A stretch of DNA of 64,000 bases, from NCBI GenBank assembly GCA_002793915.1, contig PFEF01000006.1, forward strand, positions 24,697 through 88,696. Direction: 5' to 3'. Both the position numbers and the translations under genes were made by a program. The stretch's first letter is position 1, and every line of letters begins with the position of its first letter. This stretch comes from Candidatus Ryanbacteria bacterium CG10_big_fil_rev_8_21_14_0_10_43_42 (GTDB taxonomy: Bacteria > Patescibacteriota > Minisyncoccia > Ryanbacterales > 2-02-FULL-48-12). Shown here piece by piece: positions 39,279 through 46,664 of this stretch. The notes below the pieces were generated by a model. It saw only the letters and a list, made by a program, of their open reading frames with translations, was not told where the DNA came from and did not search any database.

Positions 39279-40559
39279 TTAGTATCCACGTTCATCTACA
39301 AACTTACCGTTCGTATCCCGGAGAGTAATGGTTTCATGTGTATTGCGAAACATTTCAGCGTCTTTTTGAAGCCAGATAAGCCATCTATTCTGGTAGAAGT
39401 TTTCCTGATTTTTATAATTTCGCACACAACCGGCGTAACTGAAATTTTCTATAAGATAATCGGAGCATTCGCTTTCAATGCCGAAAAAGTCGCCTGAATC
39501 GGGAGTTCTGCATCCTCGAATATCATCAATAACCTCAAGGCAACGGTCACTGAAATAGGTAAGATCGGCGGTGTCGATGGTGTTAGGGCACCGACTTCCT
39601 ATGGAAGGCGTAAATTTGGAGGTTTCTTTAAAATAACCCGTACAAAGGTTTTCTCGAAAATTTATGTTGCGATCTTGCTTGCCCACCGTGATAATTACCG
39701 TGCCTCGAGGAGTAAGAATGAGATCACTTAATTGAATGGATGTACCTCCGGGCAAATTTTGAACTTGTGGTATAGTGATACGTCCGCCTCGTGCATTGGT
39801 AATGGTCCAGCCGGTTATATTAACGGATTGTTCTTTACTCTTATTGGAAATAGTGACTTGTTCCGATACGGGATCGGTACGGTTTCCGCGGAATTGAGAG
39901 ATAATTATTATTTCATGAAACGTTGACGTTGCAGTTTCCGAAGGAGGTAGTGTGCGCGTTGTTGTATTGTCAACGATTATAACGCCATCGGTAATATCCT
40001 TATTTACTTCTCGCAAGGTGTTAGCATCAAATCGGCCATGTACGCGAAGATCATTCGCTTCTTGATATTTGCGTACAGCCTCTTCGGTGAGAGAGAAATA
40101 ATTTCCGTTGGAAACGGGATATGTGAAGTATCCCATGGTCCGAAGAAATTCTTGCAAACGTACAACGTCAGGATCATTGGTAAGACCGGGAGAAAAGGTG
40201 CGTTTAAATTCGGTAAAGGGAGGAGTGGGTGTGTTTTCGGGCGGAAGAGTGATTGGTATTTCGCCGGATAATTGACCGTTTACGGCATTACGGGTAAGGG
40301 GACCGAAATAGCCGGCAGGGGGTGTTATGTTGTGCGCAAGTTGAAATGCGGCAACGGCTTGTTGTGTGAGACTAAAATAATTACCGGTAGATTCCGGATA
40401 GGTAAAAAATCCTTTTGCGCGTAAGAATTCTTGCAGGCGCACTACTTCAGGATCATTACGAATGCCAACAAACAAGTCCCGTGTAAAATCTTCCGCGGAA
40501 GCAAAAGAGACAAAAGCGAAAGACAAAAGAAAAAAGATAGCATACTTTTTCATATTCAT
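39279..40559 (-). CDS. secreted protein: signal peptide + two peptidoglycan-binding (PGBD) repeats + lamin-tail-domain (LTD) + Cys-rich C-terminal domain
   Basis: Signal peptide MNMKKYAIFFLLSFAFVSFASA. Two ~75-aa repeats (DPEVVRLQEFLRAKGFFTYP...GPLTRNAV and DPDVVRLQEFLRTMGYFTYP...). LTD-like IIIISQFRGNRTDPVSEQVTISNKSKEQSVNITGWTITNARGG. About 10 Cys in the last 100 aa. Confidence 0.8.
   Translation of the reverse strand: MNMKKYAIFFLLSFAFVSFASAEDFTRDLFVGIRNDPEVVRLQEFLRAKGFFTYPESTGNYFSLTQQAVAAFQLAHNITPPAGYFGPLTRNAVNGQLSGEIPITLPPENTPTPPFTEFKRTFSPGLTNDPDVVRLQEFLRTMGYFTYPVSNGNYFSLTEEAVRKYQEANDLRVHGRFDANTLREVNKDITDGVIIVDNTTTRTLPPSETATSTFHEIIIISQFRGNRTDPVSEQVTISNKSKEQSVNITGWTITNARGGRITIPQVQNLPGGTSIQLSDLILTPRGTVIITVGKQDRNINFRENLCTGYFKETSKFTPSIGSRCPNTIDTADLTYFSDRCLEVIDDIRGCRTPDSGDFFGIESECSDYLIENFSYAGCVRNYKNQENFYQNRWLIWLQKDAEMFRNTHETITLRDTNGKFVDERGY
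39985..40500 (-). repeat. tandem duplication of the ~75-codon peptidoglycan-binding repeat inside the LTD protein gene
   Basis: Two stretches with clear nucleotide and protein similarity (DPEVVRLQEFLRAKGFFTYP / DPDVVRLQEFLRTMGYFTYP). Confidence 0.6.
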
Positions 40560-40635
40560 ATTGTATATCTTTATTGTGAAAGTAAAAAGGGGATATTAAT
40601 ACTTTAGAAATATAATATTTTTGAAAACTACTATT

Positions 40636-40775
40636 TAAAAAAAGAGCATGTAATGGTAATGCTCTCTTAAATGGGATTCTTTAATTGTGTACTTGAACGA
40701 AGAAAGTGTGTGGGGGAGAGGTATTACCCAAGGAGGAGATGAAACTCTTCCTTATAACCACTCTCTTCGTTCAAG
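40636..40775 (-). ncRNA. candidate small RNA (promoter + 18-bp-stem hairpin + intrinsic terminator) on the minus strand
   Basis: Minus strand has TTGACA (40811-40806) - 18 nt - TAAAAT (40787-40782). Predicted TSS ~40775 is the first base of a 17/18-bp inverted repeat (40758-40775 pairs with 40690-40707; ~50-nt loop). Hairpin agagcat-N9-atgctct at 40643-40665 plus U-run (40636-40642) follows. No coding gene on that strand. Confidence 0.4.
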
Positions 40776-40781
40776 TCTTCG

Positions 40782-40811
40782 CATTTTACATTATGATAGT
40801 ATGATTGTCAA
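40782..40811 (-). promoter_or_regulatory. sigma70-like promoter of the candidate sRNA
   Basis: Minus-strand TTGACA - 18 nt - TAAAAT. Confidence 0.4.
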
Positions 40812-40873
40812 ACTTTTACAGCGAATGTTTTTAGGGCTTTCTTATTTTCCGTTACTTCTGTATTCTTATCCCT

Positions 40874-42013
40874 ATGCTTGATTTTTCTATACAAAAACAA
40901 TCAAAGAAATCCCATGCACGGGTTGGCACGATAAAAACAACCCATGGAATCGTTGAAACACCAGCTTTTATACCGGTAGCTACTCAAGGTGTGGTAAAGA
41001 CACTTACAAGTGAGGAGGTTGTTGCGGTCGGATCTCAGATGCTTATTTGTAATACATATCACTTACATATTCGTCCCGGAGAAAAGATAGTAAAAGCGAA
41101 TGGAGGATTGCATGGCATGATGCAATGGAATAACCCCCTTATGACGGATTCGGGAGGATTTCAGGTTTTTAGTTTGGGGTTTGGTAAAGAGCAAAGTATG
41201 GGAAAAATTCTTAAAAAGAGGCAAAAACCATCTGTTAGTGCGGATATGAAATCGAAGTTTTTGCGCATAACGGATAAAGGTGTGCATTTTCATTCGTATG
41301 TGGATGGAAAAGAGATTTTTCTCGATCCAAAAACTTCCATAAAAATTCAACAGGCACTGGGTGCCGATATTATGTTTGCATTTGATGAATGTCCGCCACC
41401 TCTTGCGGATGAACGATATATGATTCGGTCACTCGAAAAAACACATAGGTGGGCCGAGGAAAGTTTGAGTGCGAAAACTACAAAGAAGCAATCTTTGTAC
41501 GGTATTGTGCAGGGAGGAAAATATAAGAACTTACGTATGCAGTCTGCACGATATATAGGAAATCTCCCCTTTGATGGATTCGGTATTGGCGGGGAATTCG
41601 GTTTCAGTAAACGGGCAATGACATCCATGCTTCGATGTGTTTTTGAAGAATTACCGGAAGAAAAACCCCGTCATCTCTTGGGCGTGGGACATCCGGAAGA
41701 CATTTTGCCGATTATTAAAGCAGGTGTTGATACGTTTGATTGTATTGTGCCAACACACTATGCGCGCCGCGGCATTGCGTTTACATCTGAAGGAAGGCTT
41801 GATCTTCGAAAAGCTTTATTTTTTACAGACAAAAAACCGCTCGATGAAACGTGCGGGTGTATGGTATGTGGTGTATATTCTCGGGCATATATTACGCATA
41901 TGTTGCGTGCTCACGAAATAACACCGCTTAGACTGCTTACAATACACAATTTGTTTTTTTTCCATGCAAAAGTTGCGCGTATTCGTGAAGACATAAAAGA
42001 GGGAAGAATATGA
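40874..42013 (+). CDS. tgt: queuine tRNA-ribosyltransferase
   Basis: Conserved Tgt core including DSGGFQ and the Zn site CGCMVC...H. Confidence 0.95.
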   Translation: MLDFSIQKQSKKSHARVGTIKTTHGIVETPAFIPVATQGVVKTLTSEEVVAVGSQMLICNTYHLHIRPGEKIVKANGGLHGMMQWNNPLMTDSGGFQVFSLGFGKEQSMGKILKKRQKPSVSADMKSKFLRITDKGVHFHSYVDGKEIFLDPKTSIKIQQALGADIMFAFDECPPPLADERYMIRSLEKTHRWAEESLSAKTTKKQSLYGIVQGGKYKNLRMQSARYIGNLPFDGFGIGGEFGFSKRAMTSMLRCVFEELPEEKPRHLLGVGHPEDILPIIKAGVDTFDCIVPTHYARRGIAFTSEGRLDLRKALFFTDKKPLDETCGCMVCGVYSRAYITHMLRAHEITPLRLLTIHNLFFFHAKVARIREDIKEGRI

Positions 42014-42014
42014 A

Positions 42015-42674
42015 ATGGATTTTATTATGAAAGATATATTTGCCGTGTGGAAACCGAAGGGTATGACATCGCATGATGTTGTGAATGCCGTTCGGCGTGC
42101 TACGGGAATAAAAAAGGTAGGACATGCGGGTACGCTTGATCCTCTTGCGGAAGGAGTTTTAGTGGTGGGGGTTGGGCGGGATGCCACGAAACAGTTGGGA
42201 GATATTGTCGCAAAAGAAAAAGAATATGTAGCAGAAGTACTTCTTGGCACCACAAGTAGTACGGACGACGAAGAGGGTGAAAAAACAAAAAGGAATGTAA
42301 GCATTCAGCCATCAAAAAAAGATGTGGAAAAGGTGATAAAATCATTTATCGGGCGCAGTATGCAGGCGCCTCCTCGTTATAGCGCTCTTAAGGTAGGGGG
42401 TGTGCCGGCATACGCATACGCACGCGCCGGTAAAGCAGTGGAATTAAAAGAGCGGCAAATTATGGTAAAGGAAATGGAGCTTGTTTCATATGTCTATCCG
42501 TTTGTCTGCTTTCGTACCGTGACAGGACCGGGAGTATATGTTCGTGCGCTTGCAAGAGATATGGGAGAGCGGCTCCATACGGGCGGATATCTTACGGCAC
42601 TTACGCGAACGCGCGTAGGCGCATTTACCGGGAAGGATGCATGTGTGCTTTCAGAATTAAAAAAAGCCCTGTAA
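42015..42674 (+). CDS. truB: tRNA pseudouridine(55) synthase TruB (no PUA domain)
   Basis: GHAGTLDPLAEGVLVVGVG catalytic motif. 219 aa. 1 nt after tgt. Confidence 0.9.
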   Translation: MDFIMKDIFAVWKPKGMTSHDVVNAVRRATGIKKVGHAGTLDPLAEGVLVVGVGRDATKQLGDIVAKEKEYVAEVLLGTTSSTDDEEGEKTKRNVSIQPSKKDVEKVIKSFIGRSMQAPPRYSALKVGGVPAYAYARAGKAVELKERQIMVKEMELVSYVYPFVCFRTVTGPGVYVRALARDMGERLHTGGYLTALTRTRVGAFTGKDACVLSELKKAL

Positions 42675-42908
42675 TGGACTTATTATTTTTGGATGATGAT
42701 TGCCCGTTGCGAGGCATGTTTATCGGCAATTTTCTTTCGATTGGCAATCATAATATATTGCGCAGCGTGTCGATTTATCAGAGTGCCGCGTTTTATCTCA
42801 TATGTCAATGTCAAAGATTTTTTTACCAGCTTATCTTTTATGGCATTTCTCCTTTTTATTTTATATACTAAGGTGATTATAGGAAATAGTAATAAATAAC
42901 GGAAATAT

Positions 42909-43631
42909 ATGCAAGAATCTCACAATCCGTATGTCATTCCTCTCTCCATTATTGTCGCCGGTGTTCTCATTGCAGGAGCCATTATGTATGCCGGAGACGG
43001 GGGTGGTTTTGTGGCACAAACGGATACAACAAACCCAAAAGACGGTACGGAAAGTGGTAATGAACAAGCTGTTACGGGTGATGTAAAATCCGTTACGGGA
43101 GAAGATCATATTTTAGGCAATCCGGACGCACCGATAAAATTGGTGGAATATTCGGATTTGGAGTGTCCGTTTTGTTCACGATTCCACGCCACCATGAAGC
43201 AGGTAATGGATGAATATGGAAAAGATGGGCAAGTGGCATGGGTATATCGCCATTTTCCGCTATCACAAATTCACCCATCGGCAAATGAGGCGGCACAGGC
43301 AAGTGAGTGTGCGAATGAGCTGGGAGGAAATGATGGATTTTGGGCGTATATCGATGAAGTATTTTTGCGCCAGGATCAGGGACTTTCCACGTCAATGCTT
43401 CTAGCTGTTGCCGAGGATATAGGACTTGATAGACCGGCATTTGAATCATGCCTTAGCTCAGGAACATATGCAGAAAGTGTTCAGCGGTCATTTGAAGATG
43501 CGCGTACGGCTGGCGGTACGGGTACACCATATACGGTAGTGGTTGTTGATGGCGATACATTTACGCCAATCAATGGTGCTCTTCCGTTTGCGCAGGTATC
43601 ATCCGTCATAGAAAGTGCATTGGCAAGATAA
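42909..43631 (+). CDS. DsbA-like thiol:disulfide oxidoreductase, membrane-anchored
   Basis: N-terminal TM, LECPFCSRFH (CPFC active site), thioredoxin fold. Confidence 0.8.
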   Translation: MQESHNPYVIPLSIIVAGVLIAGAIMYAGDGGGFVAQTDTTNPKDGTESGNEQAVTGDVKSVTGEDHILGNPDAPIKLVEYSDLECPFCSRFHATMKQVMDEYGKDGQVAWVYRHFPLSQIHPSANEAAQASECANELGGNDGFWAYIDEVFLRQDQGLSTSMLLAVAEDIGLDRPAFESCLSSGTYAESVQRSFEDARTAGGTGTPYTVVVVDGDTFTPINGALPFAQVSSVIESALAR

Positions 43632-43655
43632 TCTTTATTTTTTCCGGTAATGCAT

Positions 43656-43688
43656 AAAAAAGCCGAAGCATGGCATGCTTCGGCTTTT
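43656..43688. terminator. bidirectional terminator between the dsbA-like gene (+) and the NusG-paralog gene (-)
   Basis: aaaaaagccgaagcatggcatgcttcggctttt. Confidence 0.8.
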
Positions 43689-43690
43689 AG

Positions 43691-44185
43691 CTATATCTCT
43701 GCGAGATTATGCTCGGGTATATTCACGCGAATTTTTTTTCCGATTAAATTTATCAAAATGGCCATGTAATCGTAAGGAGAGTTCTTTTTATTTTTTACTC
43801 TTTCAATTACCTCTCCTATAATATTCTTAAAAAGACCATCGACAACAAGAACATTTCCCGACCACTGCTTCTCAAGATCTATTATTCCGCCAGTTTCTCG
43901 CTCCTTGAGTTCGGTAATGATAAGTTTATCAATGGGCAGAATCTCACCGGTCGTTCCCACTATATATTTTACGCCTGGTACATTGTTTGTGGTGTGTATG
44001 TGTTCTTTATTAATACACACAAATAGATATTGCGGAAAGAGAGGGGTTTTTATACGTCCTTTTCTTTGTATCTTTTGATATCGCATGGGAAGGTAGATAT
44101 CATCTTTAGGAAATATGCTTTCCAAATAACTCTTTACGGAACGTTCTTTTGCCGCATTGGTCATTACCACATACCATTCCTTCAT
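43691..44185 (-). CDS. NusG-family paralog (NGN + KOW; RfaH/UpxY/LoaP-like specialised antiterminator)
   Basis: MKEWYVVMTNAAKERSVKSYLES (NGN start), PQYLFVCI, C-terminal KOW (GNVLVVDGLFKNIIGEVIERV). 164 aa. Monocistronic on the minus strand, ending at a bidirectional terminator. Confidence 0.8.
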   Translation of the reverse strand: MKEWYVVMTNAAKERSVKSYLESIFPKDDIYLPMRYQKIQRKGRIKTPLFPQYLFVCINKEHIHTTNNVPGVKYIVGTTGEILPIDKLIITELKERETGGIIDLEKQWSGNVLVVDGLFKNIIGEVIERVKNKKNSPYDYMAILINLIGKKIRVNIPEHNLAEI

Positions 44186-44307
44186 ATAGCACCTCTCAAA
44201 TATATTCTGTAAACATTAATGACATAAAAATATATAAAAGTCAATAGTTTTATTGTTGCTGAAATAGTATGCCATAATTTATTTAAAAGAACTATCCATA
44301 AGCTATG

Positions 44308-44336
44308 TTGACGTAAATAAGTTCATTTGCTAGAAT
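44308..44336 (+). promoter_or_regulatory. sigma70-like promoter TTGACG-17-TAGAAT driving the DAHPS leader
   Basis: Consensus-quality hexamers, ~270 nt upstream of the Trp-rich uORF. Confidence 0.55.
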
Positions 44337-44503
44337 GGTTGGTAATGAATAGATTCGTGAACCAGTCTAAAAACTTTTTCTCCTTTTGGGGATGGTTTTT
44401 TGCCTTTATGAGGCGGACTGGTTTTAGGAATGTGATGTAATATAAACTCACAATACATGCTAAATACCAGTCCTGTCCAAGCAGGAATTTTTTGTGCTTT
44501 AAC

Positions 44504-44551
44504 GGCTCATAATCTTTTTATAAATTTTTTAATATAAAAAGGTTATGAGCC
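44504..44551. repeat. 19-bp near-perfect AT-rich inverted repeat (hairpin/palindrome) in the DAHPS leader
   Basis: ggctcataatctttttata - aattttttaa - tataaaaaggttatgagcc (18/19 complementary). Confidence 0.6.
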
Positions 44552-44607
44552 CTATAGAGCATATTTATAGGAAAGTTCTTTAAAAAAGGAATAGGGAGGA
44601 ACGAGTT

Positions 44608-44721
44608 ATGTGGTTCGAAGATCAGGAAGAATGGTGGCGCAACGCATATACGCCATTGTATAGTCCGAAAAAAAACAACGAAGACCATGAAGATCAAGAT
44701 GGTAAAAATCTTGCATGGTAA
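44608..44721 (+). CDS. upstream ORF / candidate leader peptide (37 aa, Trp-rich)
   Basis: SD gggaggaacgagttATG. MWFEDQEEWWRNAYTPLYSPKKNNEDHEDQDGKNLAW (4 Trp including tandem WW). Ends 27 nt before the DAHP synthase start. Confidence 0.35.
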   Translation: MWFEDQEEWWRNAYTPLYSPKKNNEDHEDQDGKNLAW

Positions 44722-44748
44722 GAGAAGTACATCAAGAGGAGGAATAGT

Positions 44749-45882
44749 ATGCTTGTTAAGATGTATGGACATGCATCGTCGTCGGAAATTACGGCAATCG
44801 AGGAAAAGCTGCACGGTTTGGGGTATACAACCGGCAAAATGGTCGGTGAGGAAATCACCCTCATTGGTGTCTACGGCGATATCACCCGGCTGCCAACTGG
44901 CGAGATTCAAGAGATGGCTGGTGTAGACCGCCTGATCCCAATCTCGCGCGCCTATAAACGGGTCGCCCAAAAAGGGGTGCCCGGAGCACTTATCCATCAA
45001 ACGGTTCGCATTGGCAGAGTTGAAGTGGGCGGCGATGCATTGAGTATAATCGCCGGTCCTTGTTCGGTTGAGAGTGAGGCCCAGATTATGGAAGCGGCAT
45101 TTTTTGTTAAAGAGTCGGGAGCAAAAGCGCTTCGGGGTGGAGTGGTAAAATATCGCTCAAGTCCATACAGTGGTTGGGAAGGCATTGGTTCAAGCTCTGA
45201 AGAAGCCCTGCGGAATGGCTTACGGCTGATTGTGAAAGCCGGGCGTGCCTTTGATCTGCCAACCGTTGTTGAGGTGCTGGATGCGGCTGATGTGTCGATC
45301 TATGAAGATATGGGGGTGGACTGTCTGCAAGTTGGCGAACCGAACGCCAAAAACCAGTCTCTGCTCAATCGTCTACGTGACACCCAGCTCCCGGTCATCC
45401 ACAAACGCGGTAATTCCTTAGATATCGAAGCGTATCTCTTGTGGGTTGAACGCGTTATGGCAGCGGGCAAAGAAAATGTCATCCTCTGTGAGCGGGGGAT
45501 TGTGAGTTCAAATAAATATACCCGCAATACGCTGGATATGGGTGGTATTGCCGCATTTCATTATCAGCTGTCGTGTTTGCCTGTGGCTATTGATGCCTCG
45601 CATGGCAGTGGTATTCGTGATCTGGTCCATCCGCTAACCTTGGCTGGAATTATGGCCGGTGCCTCAGTTGTTCTCGTTGAATCCCACCCCAATCCGCTGA
45701 TTGCCAAGTCGGATGGATTTCAAGGCTTATTTCCCGAACAGCTCTCCCGCTTAGTCGCTGCCTGCCAGCAGGTGTGGGAACTTCGTAAGCGCATCGAGCC
45801 CTTGTACGTCCCGAGTGCACTACTTGAACAGCAGTATGAAGAGCGGATTGGCCATGATAAAAAACGGTTCTTCGATGTTTAA
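44749..45882 (+). CDS. 3-deoxy-7-phosphoheptulonate (DAHP) synthase, type I-beta with N-terminal ferredoxin-like regulatory domain
   Basis: SIIAGPCSVES, KYRSSPYS, ILCERGI, DASHGSG match I-beta DAHPS/KDO8PS. N-terminal ~65 aa regulatory domain as in Thermotoga DAHPS. Visibly higher G+C and CTG/GCC/GGC/ATC codon preference than neighbours. Confidence 0.9.
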   Translation: MLVKMYGHASSSEITAIEEKLHGLGYTTGKMVGEEITLIGVYGDITRLPTGEIQEMAGVDRLIPISRAYKRVAQKGVPGALIHQTVRIGRVEVGGDALSIIAGPCSVESEAQIMEAAFFVKESGAKALRGGVVKYRSSPYSGWEGIGSSSEEALRNGLRLIVKAGRAFDLPTVVEVLDAADVSIYEDMGVDCLQVGEPNAKNQSLLNRLRDTQLPVIHKRGNSLDIEAYLLWVERVMAAGKENVILCERGIVSSNKYTRNTLDMGGIAAFHYQLSCLPVAIDASHGSGIRDLVHPLTLAGIMAGASVVLVESHPNPLIAKSDGFQGLFPEQLSRLVAACQQVWELRKRIEPLYVPSALLEQQYEERIGHDKKRFFDV

Positions 45883-45893
45883 AAAGGAGGAAT

Positions 45894-46109
45894 ATGGCCG
45901 TGCACTATGATAAAAATGGATTTCCGTGTAATGGCAGATTGAAAAAGATATGCTCTGCATTAAGTTATTGTTGTACATGCAAAATGAGCATTATAAACGC
46001 GGTGCTCTTTGTACTTTCTCCGGAGCGCATATTGTTCCTTAAAATGCGCAGAGAAATTTGTAATTCTTTCCACGAAAACGGCTCTTTGGATTTAGGAGCC
46101 ATTTGTTAA
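45894..46109 (+). CDS. small Cys-rich ORF (71 aa) co-transcribed with DAHP synthase
   Basis: SD aaaaaggaggaatATG right after the DAHPS stop. 7 Cys (CNGRLKKICSALSYCCTCK...). Terminator at 46115-46147. AT-rich, unlike the DAHPS gene. Confidence 0.4.
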   Translation: MAVHYDKNGFPCNGRLKKICSALSYCCTCKMSIINAVLFVLSPERILFLKMRREICNSFHENGSLDLGAIC

Positions 46110-46114
46110 GAAGG

Positions 46115-46147
46115 TAAGGGGGTTATTAAATAATAACCCCTTTTTTC
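46115..46147 (+). terminator. rho-independent terminator ending the DAHPS transcription unit
   Basis: aagggggttattaaataataaccccttttttc: 9-bp stem + U-run. Confidence 0.75.
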
Positions 46148-46472
46148 TTAAAAACTTACACTATACCGTTATTAACAGCCTTTATTGACAAAAGATCGTT
46201 TTTTGTTAGCATGAAGGAATGTTAAAGGGAGATAATATTTCCGATACGAAAAAGACCGCGCTTCTCTTTGGAGATGTAATTATGTGCCTTACGAAAAGGT
46301 AGCAGAGTTTGTTTTAAATGATTTATAGTAACAAGCTCTGCTTCACGGCAGAGTATTTTTGTATAATGTATGGATTGTTTGTGGTTTGCGATGTGTCTGC
46401 TTGATAGTGGGCATATGAAGATCATAAGCCGGCTCGTTGACAATTTAAACTCTTATAGGGAGGAGGTTTAGT

Positions 46473-46664
46473 ATGCCCAAGAATAGAAAAGATGAAGATT
46501 CTCATCTGGTGCACGGAGGTGACCCGTTTGTCATTACTCCGGTAATGGGAGATACATATGATAGAGCGGAGATTGAAGAAAATCCTCATCTTGAGGATAA
46601 CTTACGCCGCTTAGAGAAAGAGCGTAAAAAGTTACGAAGGGAGGCGAGTAGTCATGGAAAATAA
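46473..46664 (+). CDS. hypothetical protein A (63 aa, acidic N-terminus + basic coiled-coil tail)
   Basis: Strong SD tatagggaggaggtttagtATG. ...LVHGGDPFVITPVMGDTYDRAEIEENPHLEDNLRRLEKERKKLRREA. Overlaps ORF B by 11 nt. Confidence 0.5.
   Translation: MPKNRKDEDSHLVHGGDPFVITPVMGDTYDRAEIEENPHLEDNLRRLEKERKKLRREASSHGK

Noticed and set aside
40690-40775. Possible preQ1 riboswitch upstream of tgt, and a tRNA-like GTTCAAGTC T-loop motif
   Set aside because: The sequence does not match the preQ1-I/II consensus (no AGAGGUUC...CCUCUAUAAAAAACUA core). The T-loop-like 9-mer is flanked by identical rather than complementary CGAAG arms, so no T-arm or cloverleaf can form.
40687-40881. 64-aa plus-strand ORF upstream of tgt
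   Set aside because: No SD. It sits inside the inverted-repeat/terminator structure better explained as a small RNA or 5' UTR element.
42641-42899. Two overlapping 68-76-aa ORFs between truB and the dsbA-like gene
   Set aside because: AT-rich intergenic spacer without an SD. The sequence looks like promoter/leader for the downstream gene (contains a tgtcaa-tgtcaa direct repeat).
44337-44607. T-box or TRAP-binding leader in front of DAHP synthase
   Set aside because: No AGGGTGGNACCGCG T-box sequence and no run of spaced (G/U)AG triplets found. A Trp-rich uORF is present instead.
44518-45000. 160-aa minus-strand ORF overlapping the DAHP synthase gene
   Set aside because: It overlaps a strongly supported plus-strand gene in a G+C-rich segment where antisense ORFs arise by chance. 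No SD.
46222-46443. 73-aa minus-strand ORF in the spacer before small-ORF cluster A-D
   Set aside because: No SD, no terminator, and it overlaps the promoter region of ORF A. Retained only as part of the noted non-coding spacer.
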